From: Pedosphaera sp.
GTDB taxonomy: Bacteria; Verrucomicrobiota; Verrucomicrobiia; Limisphaerales; SIBH01
Assembly (NCBI GenBank): GCA_031414955.1
Contig: JANOQV010000193.1
Coordinates: 1-33,430, forward strand
DNA length: 33,430 nt
Direction: 5' to 3'
In this document: in pieces, positions 7,929 to 18,044 of the stretch
Position numbering within the stretch: position 1 is the first letter of the stretch
How the letters are laid out: the number at the start of each line of letters is the position of its first letter
Position numbers and translations under genes: made by a program
The notes under the pieces: model-generated
What the model was told of the DNA's origin: nothing
The model's input: only the letters and a program-made list of their open reading frames with translations
Database searches by the model: none

Positions 7929-8744
7929 ATGGAAATCAACCATCCCAAGGCTGCACGCGTCCGCCTGGGCCACGCCGTCTGGGCCTGGCTCAGTCTCCTC
8001 GGGGTTTTGTGCGTCGGTCCGGTCGCGCGCGGTGCCAGCGCGCTCCCGCCCGCGCCCAAGACTTACCTGAGCGACCAGGCCGGCGTGATGAAGCCGGCGA
8101 CGGCGGCGCGGCTGGAGAAATCCCTCGCCGACTACGAACGCGAAACCTCGGTGCAGATCGTGGTCGCGGTTTTCCCCAAACTCCCGGAGGGCGAGGCGCT
8201 GGAGGATTTCACCGTGCGCACGGCCCAGGCGTGGGGGGTGGGGCAGAAGGAGCAGGCGCGCCAGAACAACGGCGTGGTGCTGTTCGTCTTCGTGCAGGAC
8301 AAGAAGATGCGGATCGAGGTGGGCTATGGGCTGGAGGGCAAGATTCCCGACGCCATCGCCAAACGCATCACCTCGGATCAGATCAAGCCGCACTTCCAAC
8401 GTGGTGATTACGACGCGGGTATCAGCGCGGGCGCGAACGCGCTCATGCAGGCCGCGCGTGGCGAATACAAAGGCAAGGGCCGGACGGCGAACCAGGTGCA
8501 GCGCATCCCCTGGCCGATCATTTTCTTTGTGGGCATTCTTGTGGTCATGGCCGTGAGTTCCCTGGGGCGGCGGCGCGGCACGACTTTCAGCGGTCGCGGA
8601 CGATCCAGCGCGGGCTTCTGGCCGGTGTTCATCGGGGGCGGCGGTTCGGGGGGCGGCTGGTCCGGCGGGGGCGGAGATTCCGGCGGCGGATTCAGCGGCG
8701 GCGGCGGGAGTTTTGGCGGCGGCGGCGCCAGCGACAGTTGGTAA
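7929..8744 (+). CDS. TPM-domain (YgcG-like) membrane protein with a Gly-rich C-terminal tail
   Basis: DQAGVM…QIVV…WGVG…NGVVL…RIEVGYGLEG.IPD…P.F..GDY..G; TM helix; GGGFSGGGGSFGGGGASDSW. Confidence 0.92.
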   Translation: MEINHPKAARVRLGHAVWAWLSLLGVLCVGPVARGASALPPAPKTYLSDQAGVMKPATAARLEKSLADYERETSVQIVVAVFPKLPEGEALEDFTVRTAQAWGVGQKEQARQNNGVVLFVFVQDKKMRIEVGYGLEGKIPDAIAKRITSDQIKPHFQRGDYDAGISAGANALMQAARGEYKGKGRTANQVQRIPWPIIFFVGILVVMAVSSLGRRRGTTFSGRGRSSAGFWPVFIGGGGSGGGWSGGGGDSGGGFSGGGGSFGGGGASDSW

Positions 8745-8746
8745 TC

Positions 8747-9181
8747 ATGAAACCGGACGAATTCATCAGCCAGGTTGACGAGTCCCGCATCGTGGCCGCG
8801 ATCGGTGAGGCCGAGAAGAAATCCACCGGCGAACTGCGCGTTTACATCTCGCCCAAGGAACGCCACGACGCGCTCGCCTTCGCGAAGAAGCGGTTTCAGG
8901 AACTGGGCATGTTTAAGACGAAGCAGCGTAATGCCGTGCTGATCTACATCGTCCCGCGCACGCAGCAGTTCGCCGTGCTCGGCGACACCGGCATCCACCA
9001 GAAGTGCGGGGACGAGTTTTGGAATGACATCGTTGCGGGCATGAGACCGCTGATGAAGGAGAGCCGCTTCACCGAGGCCCTGGTCCAGGCCGTGCGCGAG
9101 ATCGGCGCCGTGCTGGAGAAACACTTTCCCGCCACCGGAGAAAACCGCGACGAACTCTCCAACGAAATCGCCCGCGACTGA
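8747..9181 (+). CDS. Short TPM-domain protein (lemA operon partner)
   Basis: IVAAIGEAEKKSTGELRV…F.ELGM.KT..RNAVLIY…GD.GIH.K…FW…HFP…DEL.NEI. ATG at 8747. Confidence 0.9.
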   Translation: MKPDEFISQVDESRIVAAIGEAEKKSTGELRVYISPKERHDALAFAKKRFQELGMFKTKQRNAVLIYIVPRTQQFAVLGDTGIHQKCGDEFWNDIVAGMRPLMKESRFTEALVQAVREIGAVLEKHFPATGENRDELSNEIARD

Positions 9182-9505
9182 ATGCACGCGCTGCCCGTCA
9201 TCATCATGGGAGTCATCGCCGTGGCTGCCCTCATCTGGATGCTGTGGGGCAGCCGCACGCCGGCTGATTCCTCCGCAACCGCAGATGGTGAACTGCTCGA
9301 TCCCGCCGACGCGCGCCAGATGGGTTTGCTCGCGGGCCAGATGGGCGGTGGTGTCGCGGACGCGGCCCTGTATCAGTTCGCTTTGCGCCGATTCGAGGAA
9401 ATCCACGGACGCAAGGCGACCACCCGCGACGTCGGCACGGTGGCGGGGATGGTGAATGACCATCACAAAACCGTCAGATCCCTTTTGACCGGACCGGAGC
9501 AGTAG
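9182..9505 (+). CDS. Hypothetical membrane-anchored protein, 107 aa
   Basis: ATG immediately follows the previous stop. N-terminal TM helix, coding-like composition, fills the gap up to a convergent gene. Confidence 0.6.
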   Translation: MHALPVIIMGVIAVAALIWMLWGSRTPADSSATADGELLDPADARQMGLLAGQMGGGVADAALYQFALRRFEEIHGRKATTRDVGTVAGMVNDHHKTVRSLLTGPEQ

Positions 9506-9525
9506 CAACGGCGGCGAACCGGCCT

Positions 9526-11280
9526 TCACCGTGTGGCCCACCAGCGGCCGAGTTTTCGGCCGAGGTTCTTCCAGCCATCGTAGTGTTCGAATTCACCGGC
9601 GGAACGGCGCACCGCCCAGAGTGTCAGGCGCGATTGCAGTTCATGGCGGGCTTGGGCGGCGTAGAAGTTGTCCACAAACAGACTTGTACCTACCCACGAG
9701 AGAATGAGCGTAAGCTTTCCTCCTGTTTCACCGCCAAAGATCAGTCCGAGGACGGAAGCAAGGGCCACGAACAACCACGGCAAGACGAAGAGCCGCGAGA
9801 AGGCCTCCTGCTGGGCTTCGCGGGCGTTCTTCTTGATGACGCTCTGCCATGCGGACGTCCAGGCCAGCGCCCGGACATCGGGGATGAGCAGGGCGAGCAT
9901 GGCTGCGGCGCCGGGCAGGTAGAGGATGCCGTCTTCCCGGTGTAACGCGAGGTGTCGGCCGATGAGTATGACCAGCACGGCGGTTTCGAGATAGAGAGCG
10001 CGCCGCACCACTGGCGCGAGGATGGCGCGCAGGGCGTGCGCGTGGCCGTCGATCAACTGGCGCGTGGCGACCGGCGTGGAGAGCAGCAGTTCCAAGGTGT
10101 CCTCGCCGCGATCCCGGGCAAAGGTGAAGCTGGCCTGATGGGCGGCGAAGGTCTTGATCGCCAGGTTGACGACGAACACAACTCCGAGCGCGTAGCCCGG
10201 AGACAGCAACACTTCCCATCCTTCCGTGGTGAAGCCGGCCAGGATGGCGGGCCAATAGGCCATGACGGCGGCGGCGGCAATGGCCCATGTGCCCGAGGCG
10301 TGCGGCTTCCAGCGCAGGGCAAACCAGGCGAGCGGGTTTCCGTCCAGCAGGCTGGAGCGTTCCTCGAAGGAAAAGTCCCGTCGGATCAAACGGCGAGCGC
10401 GCTTCGTTTGTAGCGGAGCATTGGTTCCCGCGCTCACGGGTGTCGGCACCGGGTTCAGCTTGGGCGACTGTAAGTGATCTCCCATGGGCGCGAGGCTCTC
10501 GGGACGTTTTTGCCAGCAGCGGGGCAGGGTGCGGCAGGCGGCGTAGAAGAAAAGCCACCCGAGCAATTGCGTCCACACCAGCGAGGCCGAGAGTGCGAGC
10601 GTGTGGCCTGCGCTAGGCATGACCGCCTGCCAAACGGCAAAGCCGGGACTGAACGCGGCGAGTGCGAACGTCCCGGATTGATTCCGCGCCGCTGCGATGC
10701 CCAGCGCTACCGCGGCCGGCAAAGCAATGAGCGCGATGATGATGGCCGAGGCCCAACTTCCTGCGCGTTTCTCATCCCAACAGTGCGCGGAGACCCAAAG
10801 CCCGACCGAGGCTCCGAGGAAAACCAGATTCACCAGGGCCAGCACCAGCAGCACGAAATCCCCGACGGACACGCCGCCCGCCAGCATGGGCACGGCGAGC
10901 ACGGGCACGACGGCGAGGAAACGGTAGAACGCCGAGAGCGACGTGGAGACGAGCTTGCCCAGCACCATGTCCACCGGGCGCAACGGGGTGAGGAAGAGTA
11001 GCCCGAGCGTGTCCTCTCGTTTCTCTCTCGCGAAGGCTTCCGAGGCGAGTTGCACCACCGAGGCCAGCACCGTGATGGCCGTGAGTCCGCCCAGCAATCG
11101 GAAGGTCATTTTGCCGACCGTGGGCAGCGGCATCGTCGTCATCTGGGCGAACATGATGAAGGCGATGATCACCACGCCGGCCGCACCGGCCGCCGCCCGG
11201 CCCCAGTAGGTCACTGGCTTGCGCGCCGCGACGCGCAGTTCGCGTTCAACCACCGGTGGGAGTCTGGATGCAATAAGCAT
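9526..11280 (-). CDS. ABC-2-type transporter permease-like membrane protein (two repeated modules)
   Basis: PVVERELRVAARK…; EKREDTLGLLFLTPL…VLGKL; second copy RDRGEDTLELLLSTPV; many TM helices. Confidence 0.8.
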   Translation of the reverse strand: MLIASRLPPVVERELRVAARKPVTYWGRAAAGAAGVVIIAFIMFAQMTTMPLPTVGKMTFRLLGGLTAITVLASVVQLASEAFAREKREDTLGLLFLTPLRPVDMVLGKLVSTSLSAFYRFLAVVPVLAVPMLAGGVSVGDFVLLVLALVNLVFLGASVGLWVSAHCWDEKRAGSWASAIIIALIALPAAVALGIAAARNQSGTFALAAFSPGFAVWQAVMPSAGHTLALSASLVWTQLLGWLFFYAACRTLPRCWQKRPESLAPMGDHLQSPKLNPVPTPVSAGTNAPLQTKRARRLIRRDFSFEERSSLLDGNPLAWFALRWKPHASGTWAIAAAAVMAYWPAILAGFTTEGWEVLLSPGYALGVVFVVNLAIKTFAAHQASFTFARDRGEDTLELLLSTPVATRQLIDGHAHALRAILAPVVRRALYLETAVLVILIGRHLALHREDGILYLPGAAAMLALLIPDVRALAWTSAWQSVIKKNAREAQQEAFSRLFVLPWLFVALASVLGLIFGGETGGKLTLILSWVGTSLFVDNFYAAQARHELQSRLTLWAVRRSAGEFEHYDGWKNLGRKLGRWWATR

Positions 11281-11302
11281 GGTCAGTTTGAACGCGGCGC
11301 TT

Positions 11303-12646
11303 TCACACCGTGGCCCGCGCGGTGGAGGGTCGGCGGAAACGCGCCTGCAAGTTCAGGAGGCTGATCCGGCGCTGGGCTTCGGCGGCGTGTGGGCTGCCGG
11401 GAAAATCCCGGAGGACTTCCTGGAAGACGAGCCGCGCGGTGTCCGTGTCGTCGCGCAGTCGCGCGTGCCAGCCGGCCATGACGATGAGCCACTCGGCGCG
11501 CTTGGCCGGCGGTTGGTGGCCTTGCGCGAGAAGCAGTTCCAATTGCTCGATGGCGGGGCCGGGTGCCTCCAGGCTCTCCGCCAGGAGACGCGCGAACTTC
11601 TCCCGCGCCATCACGTCATCGGGATTGTGTTCGAGTTCTTTCACGCAGGCATCGGCCAGGACGCGGGCCTGGTCGCGGGGCAGGCGTGGCCCGGGCGGGG
11701 TCACGATGTCCGGCAGGTGTGGCAGAGGGAGCGGCTTGCCCCGTTCGCGGGCCAGCAGTTCTTCCCGGGTCGCGGGCAATTGATCGAGGCGCTGCCGCGC
11801 CATCTTTTCCAGATGCGTGCCGGGCGCACGGCGGCCGATCCGTTCCAGGGCCTCGCCGGCTGCGACAGGATCATGGCCGAGCTTCAAATGCCAGTCGGCC
11901 AGTTTGTGCATGGCGATGGAGAATTGCACCGGCGTGATAAATGGTTCGTCGCAAATGCCGCGCAGTGTCTGGTCCGCGCCGGCCAGATCATCGAAGTGCG
12001 TGGCGTAAAGGTCCGCCAGCATCAACCAACCCTCGAAGTCAGTCTCGCACCGTTCCAACTCCTGGATTACTTCCATCTCCGCCTCCTCGTATTTGCCGAA
12101 ACTGAGGCGGGCCTGAGCACGGGCGTAGGAGGGCGGAAGCTGCTTCACTTCCACCAGTCCACGGGTGGCGTGGAAGAGCGTGAAGCCACCCAGCATCAAG
12201 GCCAGACCTATCGCGCCCCAGCCGCCAGCCAACAGGACCAGCGCCATGCCTGGCACCAGCAGGAACGACCAGGCACCACAAATGACCTGGAAGGCGCGGC
12301 GATCCTCGGTCTGATCATACCCGCGCGCGAGCAACCAAAACGCAGTGAGGCCGCCCCAAGAGGAGGTGATGAGGAAAATCCCGGCGGTGAGCGGATCGAT
12401 GAACGAGGCCCACCACGCACCCAGACCGGCGGACAAGGGTGTGACCAGGGGCCAGACCGGCGGGCCGATCCAGCCGGTATTAAGCAGGAACCACACGAGG
12501 CACGGCCCGATCGCCCCCGTGATCACCCAGCGGAGAAAGAGTCTCCCTTCCGGGCCGGCCCATTCGCCGCCAGCGAAGCGTTTCCAAAATGCAAAAGCCG
12601 TCATCAGAAAACCGGCGGCGGCGGCGATGGTGATGAAGAGCAACAT
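11303..12646 (-). CDS. Membrane protein with N-terminal TM helices and a C-terminal TPR-like region
   Basis: Hydrophobic N-terminal ~170 aa, then helical repeats (FEGWLMLADLY…; VFQEVLRDFPGSPHAAEAQRRI). Start set at ATG 12646. Confidence 0.65.
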   Translation of the reverse strand: MLLFITIAAAAGFLMTAFAFWKRFAGGEWAGPEGRLFLRWVITGAIGPCLVWFLLNTGWIGPPVWPLVTPLSAGLGAWWASFIDPLTAGIFLITSSWGGLTAFWLLARGYDQTEDRRAFQVICGAWSFLLVPGMALVLLAGGWGAIGLALMLGGFTLFHATRGLVEVKQLPPSYARAQARLSFGKYEEAEMEVIQELERCETDFEGWLMLADLYATHFDDLAGADQTLRGICDEPFITPVQFSIAMHKLADWHLKLGHDPVAAGEALERIGRRAPGTHLEKMARQRLDQLPATREELLARERGKPLPLPHLPDIVTPPGPRLPRDQARVLADACVKELEHNPDDVMAREKFARLLAESLEAPGPAIEQLELLLAQGHQPPAKRAEWLIVMAGWHARLRDDTDTARLVFQEVLRDFPGSPHAAEAQRRISLLNLQARFRRPSTARATV

Positions 12647-12927
12647 TGGGTAACGGCTTGGGGAGACTCTAACGCGGCCCGTGCTGAAACCAAGCGGGGA
12701 ACCGAGGTCATCCTTCTCTTGCTTCTGTGGGGACGGGCGCATCTTGAAGGTGCAGCTATCCGAAAGCGGTCGCTGGAGCGCCGCTTTGCGCCCGTCCAGA
12801 GCGTGCGAGGGTGGATCGAGCTGTCCCTTCAAGATGCGGCCGGGAAGAAATGTTTCTCACACTTCAGGCATCGACTGAATGCGTTCCATCTGCGCAAAGT
12901 CCAACCATTCGCCAGCACCAAACATTT

Positions 12928-13344
12928 ATGAAAACCAAACTGCTTTTTGCCTTGTCCGCGTTCCTGATCGCCGTCCCGCTCGTGCTGGGGGCGGCGGATG
13001 CCAAACCCGCCGCCGCGGCCAAACCCGTTGTGAAGCGCGTTGATACCGACGAGTTCGATAAACTGCGCGCGAACAAAAAGAACATCATCCTCGACGTGCG
13101 CTCGGCGGCGGAGTTCAAGGCCGGACACATTCCGGGTGCAATCAACATCGACGTGCGCGCCGCAGATTTTGATGAGAAGGTGGCCAAGCTGGACAAGGAC
13201 AAGACCTACCTCGTGAACTGCGCGGCGGGCGGGCGCAGCGCCACGGCCTGCAAGAAACTGGAAGTGGTGGGCTTCAAAGAACTCTACGATCTCGCACCCG
13301 GCTTCAAGGGTTGGGAGAAGGCTGGCAAGCCGGTGGAGAAGTAA
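12928..13344 (+). CDS. Secreted rhodanese-like domain protein
   Basis: Signal peptide; ILDVRS..EF.AGHIPGAINI; active-site loop CAAGGRS; L..GF.GW…G.PV. ATG at 12928. Confidence 0.9.
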   Translation: MKTKLLFALSAFLIAVPLVLGAADAKPAAAAKPVVKRVDTDEFDKLRANKKNIILDVRSAAEFKAGHIPGAINIDVRAADFDEKVAKLDKDKTYLVNCAAGGRSATACKKLEVVGFKELYDLAPGFKGWEKAGKPVEK

Positions 13345-13398
13345 ACATCAAATCCCAAAACCCAAACTCCAAATAAACTCCAGGCTCCAATCCCCAAC
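13345..13398. repeat. One-armed heptamer-repeat tract (CCAAA-type)
   Basis: ATCAAATCCCAAAACCCAAACTCCAAATAAACTCCAGGCTCCAATCCCCAA resembles the left arm of the element at 19928-19985. Confidence 0.55.
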
Positions 13399-13428
13399 AG
13401 GCCAAGGTGTCGCCAGCGTCCACTGGTC

Positions 13429-13495
13429 GGAGCGCCGAGCATTGCTCGGCTTGGGTGGCTCACCGGCCTTCGGACCGAGCAATGCTCGGCGCTCC
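13429..13495. repeat. REP-like perfect 21-bp inverted repeat
   Basis: GGAGCGCCGAGCATTGCTCGG (13429-13449) and CCGAGCAATGCTCGGCGCTCC (13475-13495). Each arm is itself a hairpin. Confidence 0.85.
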
Positions 13496-13499
13496 AATT

Positions 13500-15017
13500 A
13501 TGATCGCACGACGTAACTTCCTTCGACGTTCAGCATCCGTCGCCGCGCTCGCGGGCCTGGGCGACCTCGGTTTCCTCGCGCGACTCCCACGCGTCTCCGC
13601 TGCCGAGGCGACACTGCCGGCGAAGCTCGTCGCGTTTCATCCCGACATTGAGCCGCTCGTGCGCCTGCTCGAGAACACGCCGCGGGAACGGGTGCTGGAG
13701 GAGGTGGCGGCGAAGATTAAACGCGGGACGACGTATCGGGAAATCATCACCGCGCTTCAATTGGCTGGCGTACGCAACATTCAACCGCGCCCGGTCGGCT
13801 TCAAGTTTCACGCCGTGCTCGTCGTGAATTCTGCGCACCTGGCCAGCCTTGCGTCGCCGGACACGGATCGCTGGCTGCCGATTTTCTGGGCCATCGATGC
13901 GTTCAAGTCGTCGCAGGCGCAGGACGTGCAGCAGGGGGACTGGTCGATGGGCGCGATCGATGAAGCTGCCGTGCCCAAGAGCGGCCAGGCCAAGCAGGCC
14001 CTCATCGAAGCGCTGGAGAATTGGGACGAGGCGGCGGCGGACGCGGCCATTGTCGGCATGTACCGGACGGCGGGCGCGCATGAAATTTACGAGATTCTCT
14101 GCCGTTATGGCGCGCGTGATTTTCGCGAGCTGGGTCACAAGGAGATTTACACCGCGAACAGTTTCCGTTGTCTCGGGGCCATGGGCTGGCAGCACGGCGA
14201 GCCGATCCTGCGCTCACTGGTCTTCGCCATGCTTGACCGCGTGGGGGCGAAGGAGAACCCATCGAAGGCCGACCTGCCTGCTGATCGCCCGTATCGCCGG
14301 AACCTGGAACGCGTGAAGGAAATCCGCGCTGGCTGGCTCGACGGCCAGTCCGACGCCGATGCCACGCGCGAACTGCTGGCCGCCATTCGCGGCGGTTCGG
14401 CGAACGACACCAGCGCGAAGGTGGTCGAGTTGCTGAATCGCGGAGTCGCGCCGCGGTCGCTGTGGGACGCGTGCTTCGACGGAGCCGGGGAGTTGTTGAT
14501 GCGCCAGCCCGGCATCGCGGCGATTCATGCCACGACTTTCACCAACGCCTGCCACTACTCGTTCCAGCACACGCGCGATGAGGTCACGCGCAAGCTGCTG
14601 CTGCTCCAGAACGCCGCCTTCCTCCCGCTTTATCGCGGCGGCAAGGACGACGGGAATCACATCGACACGCTGGAGCCGATCGCGCTCAAGGACTCCGGCG
14701 CGGGCGCCGTGGAGGAGATATTCGCCGACGTGAGCGGCGACAAGACGAGCAAACTGCGCGCAGCGGGAAAGATTCTCGCCTATTTGAGAGTTAATCCCGA
14801 TCCGAAGCCGCTGGCGGATGCCGCGCGGCGTTTGATTTTCCTGAAAGGTCGGGATTCGCACGACTACAAGTTCAGTTCCGCCGTGCTGGAAGATTATGCC
14901 TTCATGGCTCCAGCCTGGCGTAACCGTTATCTCGCCGCGAGTGTCTTCAACCTGAAAGGCTCGGGCGACAAGGATAACGACTTGGTCACACGCACGCGGG
15001 CCGCACTCAATGGGTAG
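13500..15017 (+). CDS. Tat-exported protein of unknown function
   Basis: Twin-arginine signal MIARRNFLRR…VSAAEA; long alpha-helical ORF with several His motifs (KFHAVL, GHKEIY, IHATT, DSHDYK). ATG at 13500. Confidence 0.75.
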   Translation: MIARRNFLRRSASVAALAGLGDLGFLARLPRVSAAEATLPAKLVAFHPDIEPLVRLLENTPRERVLEEVAAKIKRGTTYREIITALQLAGVRNIQPRPVGFKFHAVLVVNSAHLASLASPDTDRWLPIFWAIDAFKSSQAQDVQQGDWSMGAIDEAAVPKSGQAKQALIEALENWDEAAADAAIVGMYRTAGAHEIYEILCRYGARDFRELGHKEIYTANSFRCLGAMGWQHGEPILRSLVFAMLDRVGAKENPSKADLPADRPYRRNLERVKEIRAGWLDGQSDADATRELLAAIRGGSANDTSAKVVELLNRGVAPRSLWDACFDGAGELLMRQPGIAAIHATTFTNACHYSFQHTRDEVTRKLLLLQNAAFLPLYRGGKDDGNHIDTLEPIALKDSGAGAVEEIFADVSGDKTSKLRAAGKILAYLRVNPDPKPLADAARRLIFLKGRDSHDYKFSSAVLEDYAFMAPAWRNRYLAASVFNLKGSGDKDNDLVTRTRAALNG

Positions 15018-15032
15018 GTTGTTCCGAGAAAT

Positions 15033-15096
15033 TCCCGCAGATTCAGAGCGGCCACGGTTTTTTGTTCTCATCTTTGGCCACCCTGAATCTGCGGGA
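15033..15096. repeat. 22-bp imperfect inverted repeat (stem-loop)
   Basis: TCCCGCAGATTCAGAGCGGCCA versus the reverse complement of 15075-15096, TCCCGCAGATTCAGGGTGGCCA (20/22 identical). Confidence 0.7.
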
Positions 15097-15210
15097 GAAA
15101 ACATGGAACCCGGGCCGTGTCGTGGGGCGCGGCGTTCACGCCGCTTCGTCTCACAGGTTTCAACAATTTTTTGTCACCGCCTGCTTTGGTCCCGCGTCAT
15201 TTGACGGACC

Positions 15211-16623
15211 ATGAGAAACCAACTCCTCCCGATTGTCGCACTCGCGTTCGTCGCCGCGCTCTCCAGCCACGCCGCGCCGGCGGATCAAAACTGGGGCCAG
15301 TGGCGCGGCCCGCTTGCGAACGGCATTTCTCCCAACGGCAACCCGCCGACCGAGTGGAGTGAAACAAAGAATGTGAAATGGAAAGTCCCGCTGGCCGGCG
15401 AGGGCCACGCGACGCCGATTGTCTGGGACAACCTCATCTTCATTCAATCCGCCGTGCCCGGAGCAAAGAAGCCGGAGGCGAAGTTGAATCTTGCACCCCA
15501 AGTGGCCGGGTTGCAGCAGCCGCCGCCGGGCGGAGGAGGCGGCCAGGGTCGGCCGGGTGGTCAAGGCGGCGGACGGCGCGGTGGCGGCGGCGGCGGCACG
15601 CCCACGACACCGTTTCAATTCACCATGACGGCGCTGGACCGGGCCACCGGCAAAACCGTCTGGCAAAAAATGTTGCGCGAGGAACTGCCGCATGAAGGGC
15701 ATCATGGCACCGGCACATTCGCCTCTGGTTCGCCCGTGACTGATGGCGAAAGTCTGTTCGCCTACTTCGGCTCGCGCGGACTCTATGCCCTGGACCTCAA
15801 GGGCAACGTGAAGTGGCAGAAAGACTTTGGCAAATACCGGAGTGCCAACTCCTTCGGCGAAGGCAGTTCACCCGTGCTGCACGGCAACACGCTGGTCGTG
15901 AACTGGGACCATGAAGGCGAGGACTTCATCGCCGCCTTTGACCAGACGACCGGCAAGGAACTCTGGAAACAGCCGCGGGATGAGAAGACCACTTGGGGCA
16001 CGCCGTTCATCCTCGAGCACGCCGGCGTGGCGCAGGTGATCGTGAGCGCCAGCGGCAAGGTGCGCAGCTACGACCTGGCCACGGGCAAGGAGCTCTGGTC
16101 GGCGGGACCACTGGGCTCGAACGTGGTTCCCACTCCGGTGGCTGGACATGGCCTGGTTTTTTCCATGAGCGGCCATCGTGAGCCGAAGTTGCTCGCCATC
16201 AAACTCGGCCGCGCCGGCGAGCTTTCCAACACCGACGCCATTGCCTGGTCCACCACGCGGGATACGCCTTATGTGCCTTCCCCGCTGCTCCTCGGCGATC
16301 ATCTGTATTTCCTCAAGGGCAACGAGGCGACCCTTTCCATCGTCGATGCCAGGACCGGCCAGGCCTCGGTGGAGGCCCAGCGCCTTGAAGGTCTGCGCGG
16401 TGTTTACGCCTCGCTGGTCGGCGTGGCGGATCGGTTCTACGTCCTGGGCCGCGACGGTGGCGTGCTCGTCCTCAAGAAGAGCACCAAGGTGGAGGTGCTG
16501 GCGACGAACAAACTGGACGATGGTTTCGATGCCTCACCTGCCATTGCGGGCAACCAGATTTTCCTGCGCGGAAAGAAAAACCTCTATTGCATCGCGCCGA
16601 CGGATCGGGCCTCGGCGAATTAA
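15211..16623 (+). CDS. PQQ-like (BamB-like) beta-propeller repeat protein, PVC type
   Basis: Signal peptide; NWGQWRGP, NVKWK, repeated ALD..TGK..W, SSP, YVPSP and ASPA motifs; Gly-rich insert. Confidence 0.9.
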   Translation: MRNQLLPIVALAFVAALSSHAAPADQNWGQWRGPLANGISPNGNPPTEWSETKNVKWKVPLAGEGHATPIVWDNLIFIQSAVPGAKKPEAKLNLAPQVAGLQQPPPGGGGGQGRPGGQGGGRRGGGGGGTPTTPFQFTMTALDRATGKTVWQKMLREELPHEGHHGTGTFASGSPVTDGESLFAYFGSRGLYALDLKGNVKWQKDFGKYRSANSFGEGSSPVLHGNTLVVNWDHEGEDFIAAFDQTTGKELWKQPRDEKTTWGTPFILEHAGVAQVIVSASGKVRSYDLATGKELWSAGPLGSNVVPTPVAGHGLVFSMSGHREPKLLAIKLGRAGELSNTDAIAWSTTRDTPYVPSPLLLGDHLYFLKGNEATLSIVDARTGQASVEAQRLEGLRGVYASLVGVADRFYVLGRDGGVLVLKKSTKVEVLATNKLDDGFDASPAIAGNQIFLRGKKNLYCIAPTDRASAN

Positions 16624-16713
16624 ACTTCTGGCGGTGTCCCGATCGAGGGACGCCAATTATGACTGCACTTTAACGGTCTGAGGCACACGCTGCGCTGGAA
16701 CTGTCCACGTTGA

Positions 16714-17856
<1,143 letters not shown>

Positions 17857-18044
17857 ACCCGAATTCCGAGGCAGGAAGAGCGGGCCGTCTGCGGGATCCT
17901 CATCGGCGCCCGGGTTTTCAACCCGCAGCAAGCCGTTCACGCCGAGGGTCGAAATAGTTCCAGCGACTTCCGCCCCGGCCACGCGCCGGCCGCCGCCCGT
18001 GCTCGCGCTAAACGCACGGCTTGGAACTTGAGCTTGGAACCGCT

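Noticed and set aside
11219..12931. 570-aa + strand ORF
   Set aside because: Antisense to the TM-TPR gene, which has coherent TM and TPR structure.
15520..15600. GGC-rich tracts (also 8635-8730)
   Set aside because: These encode Gly-rich linkers or tails normal for these protein families; not independent repeats.
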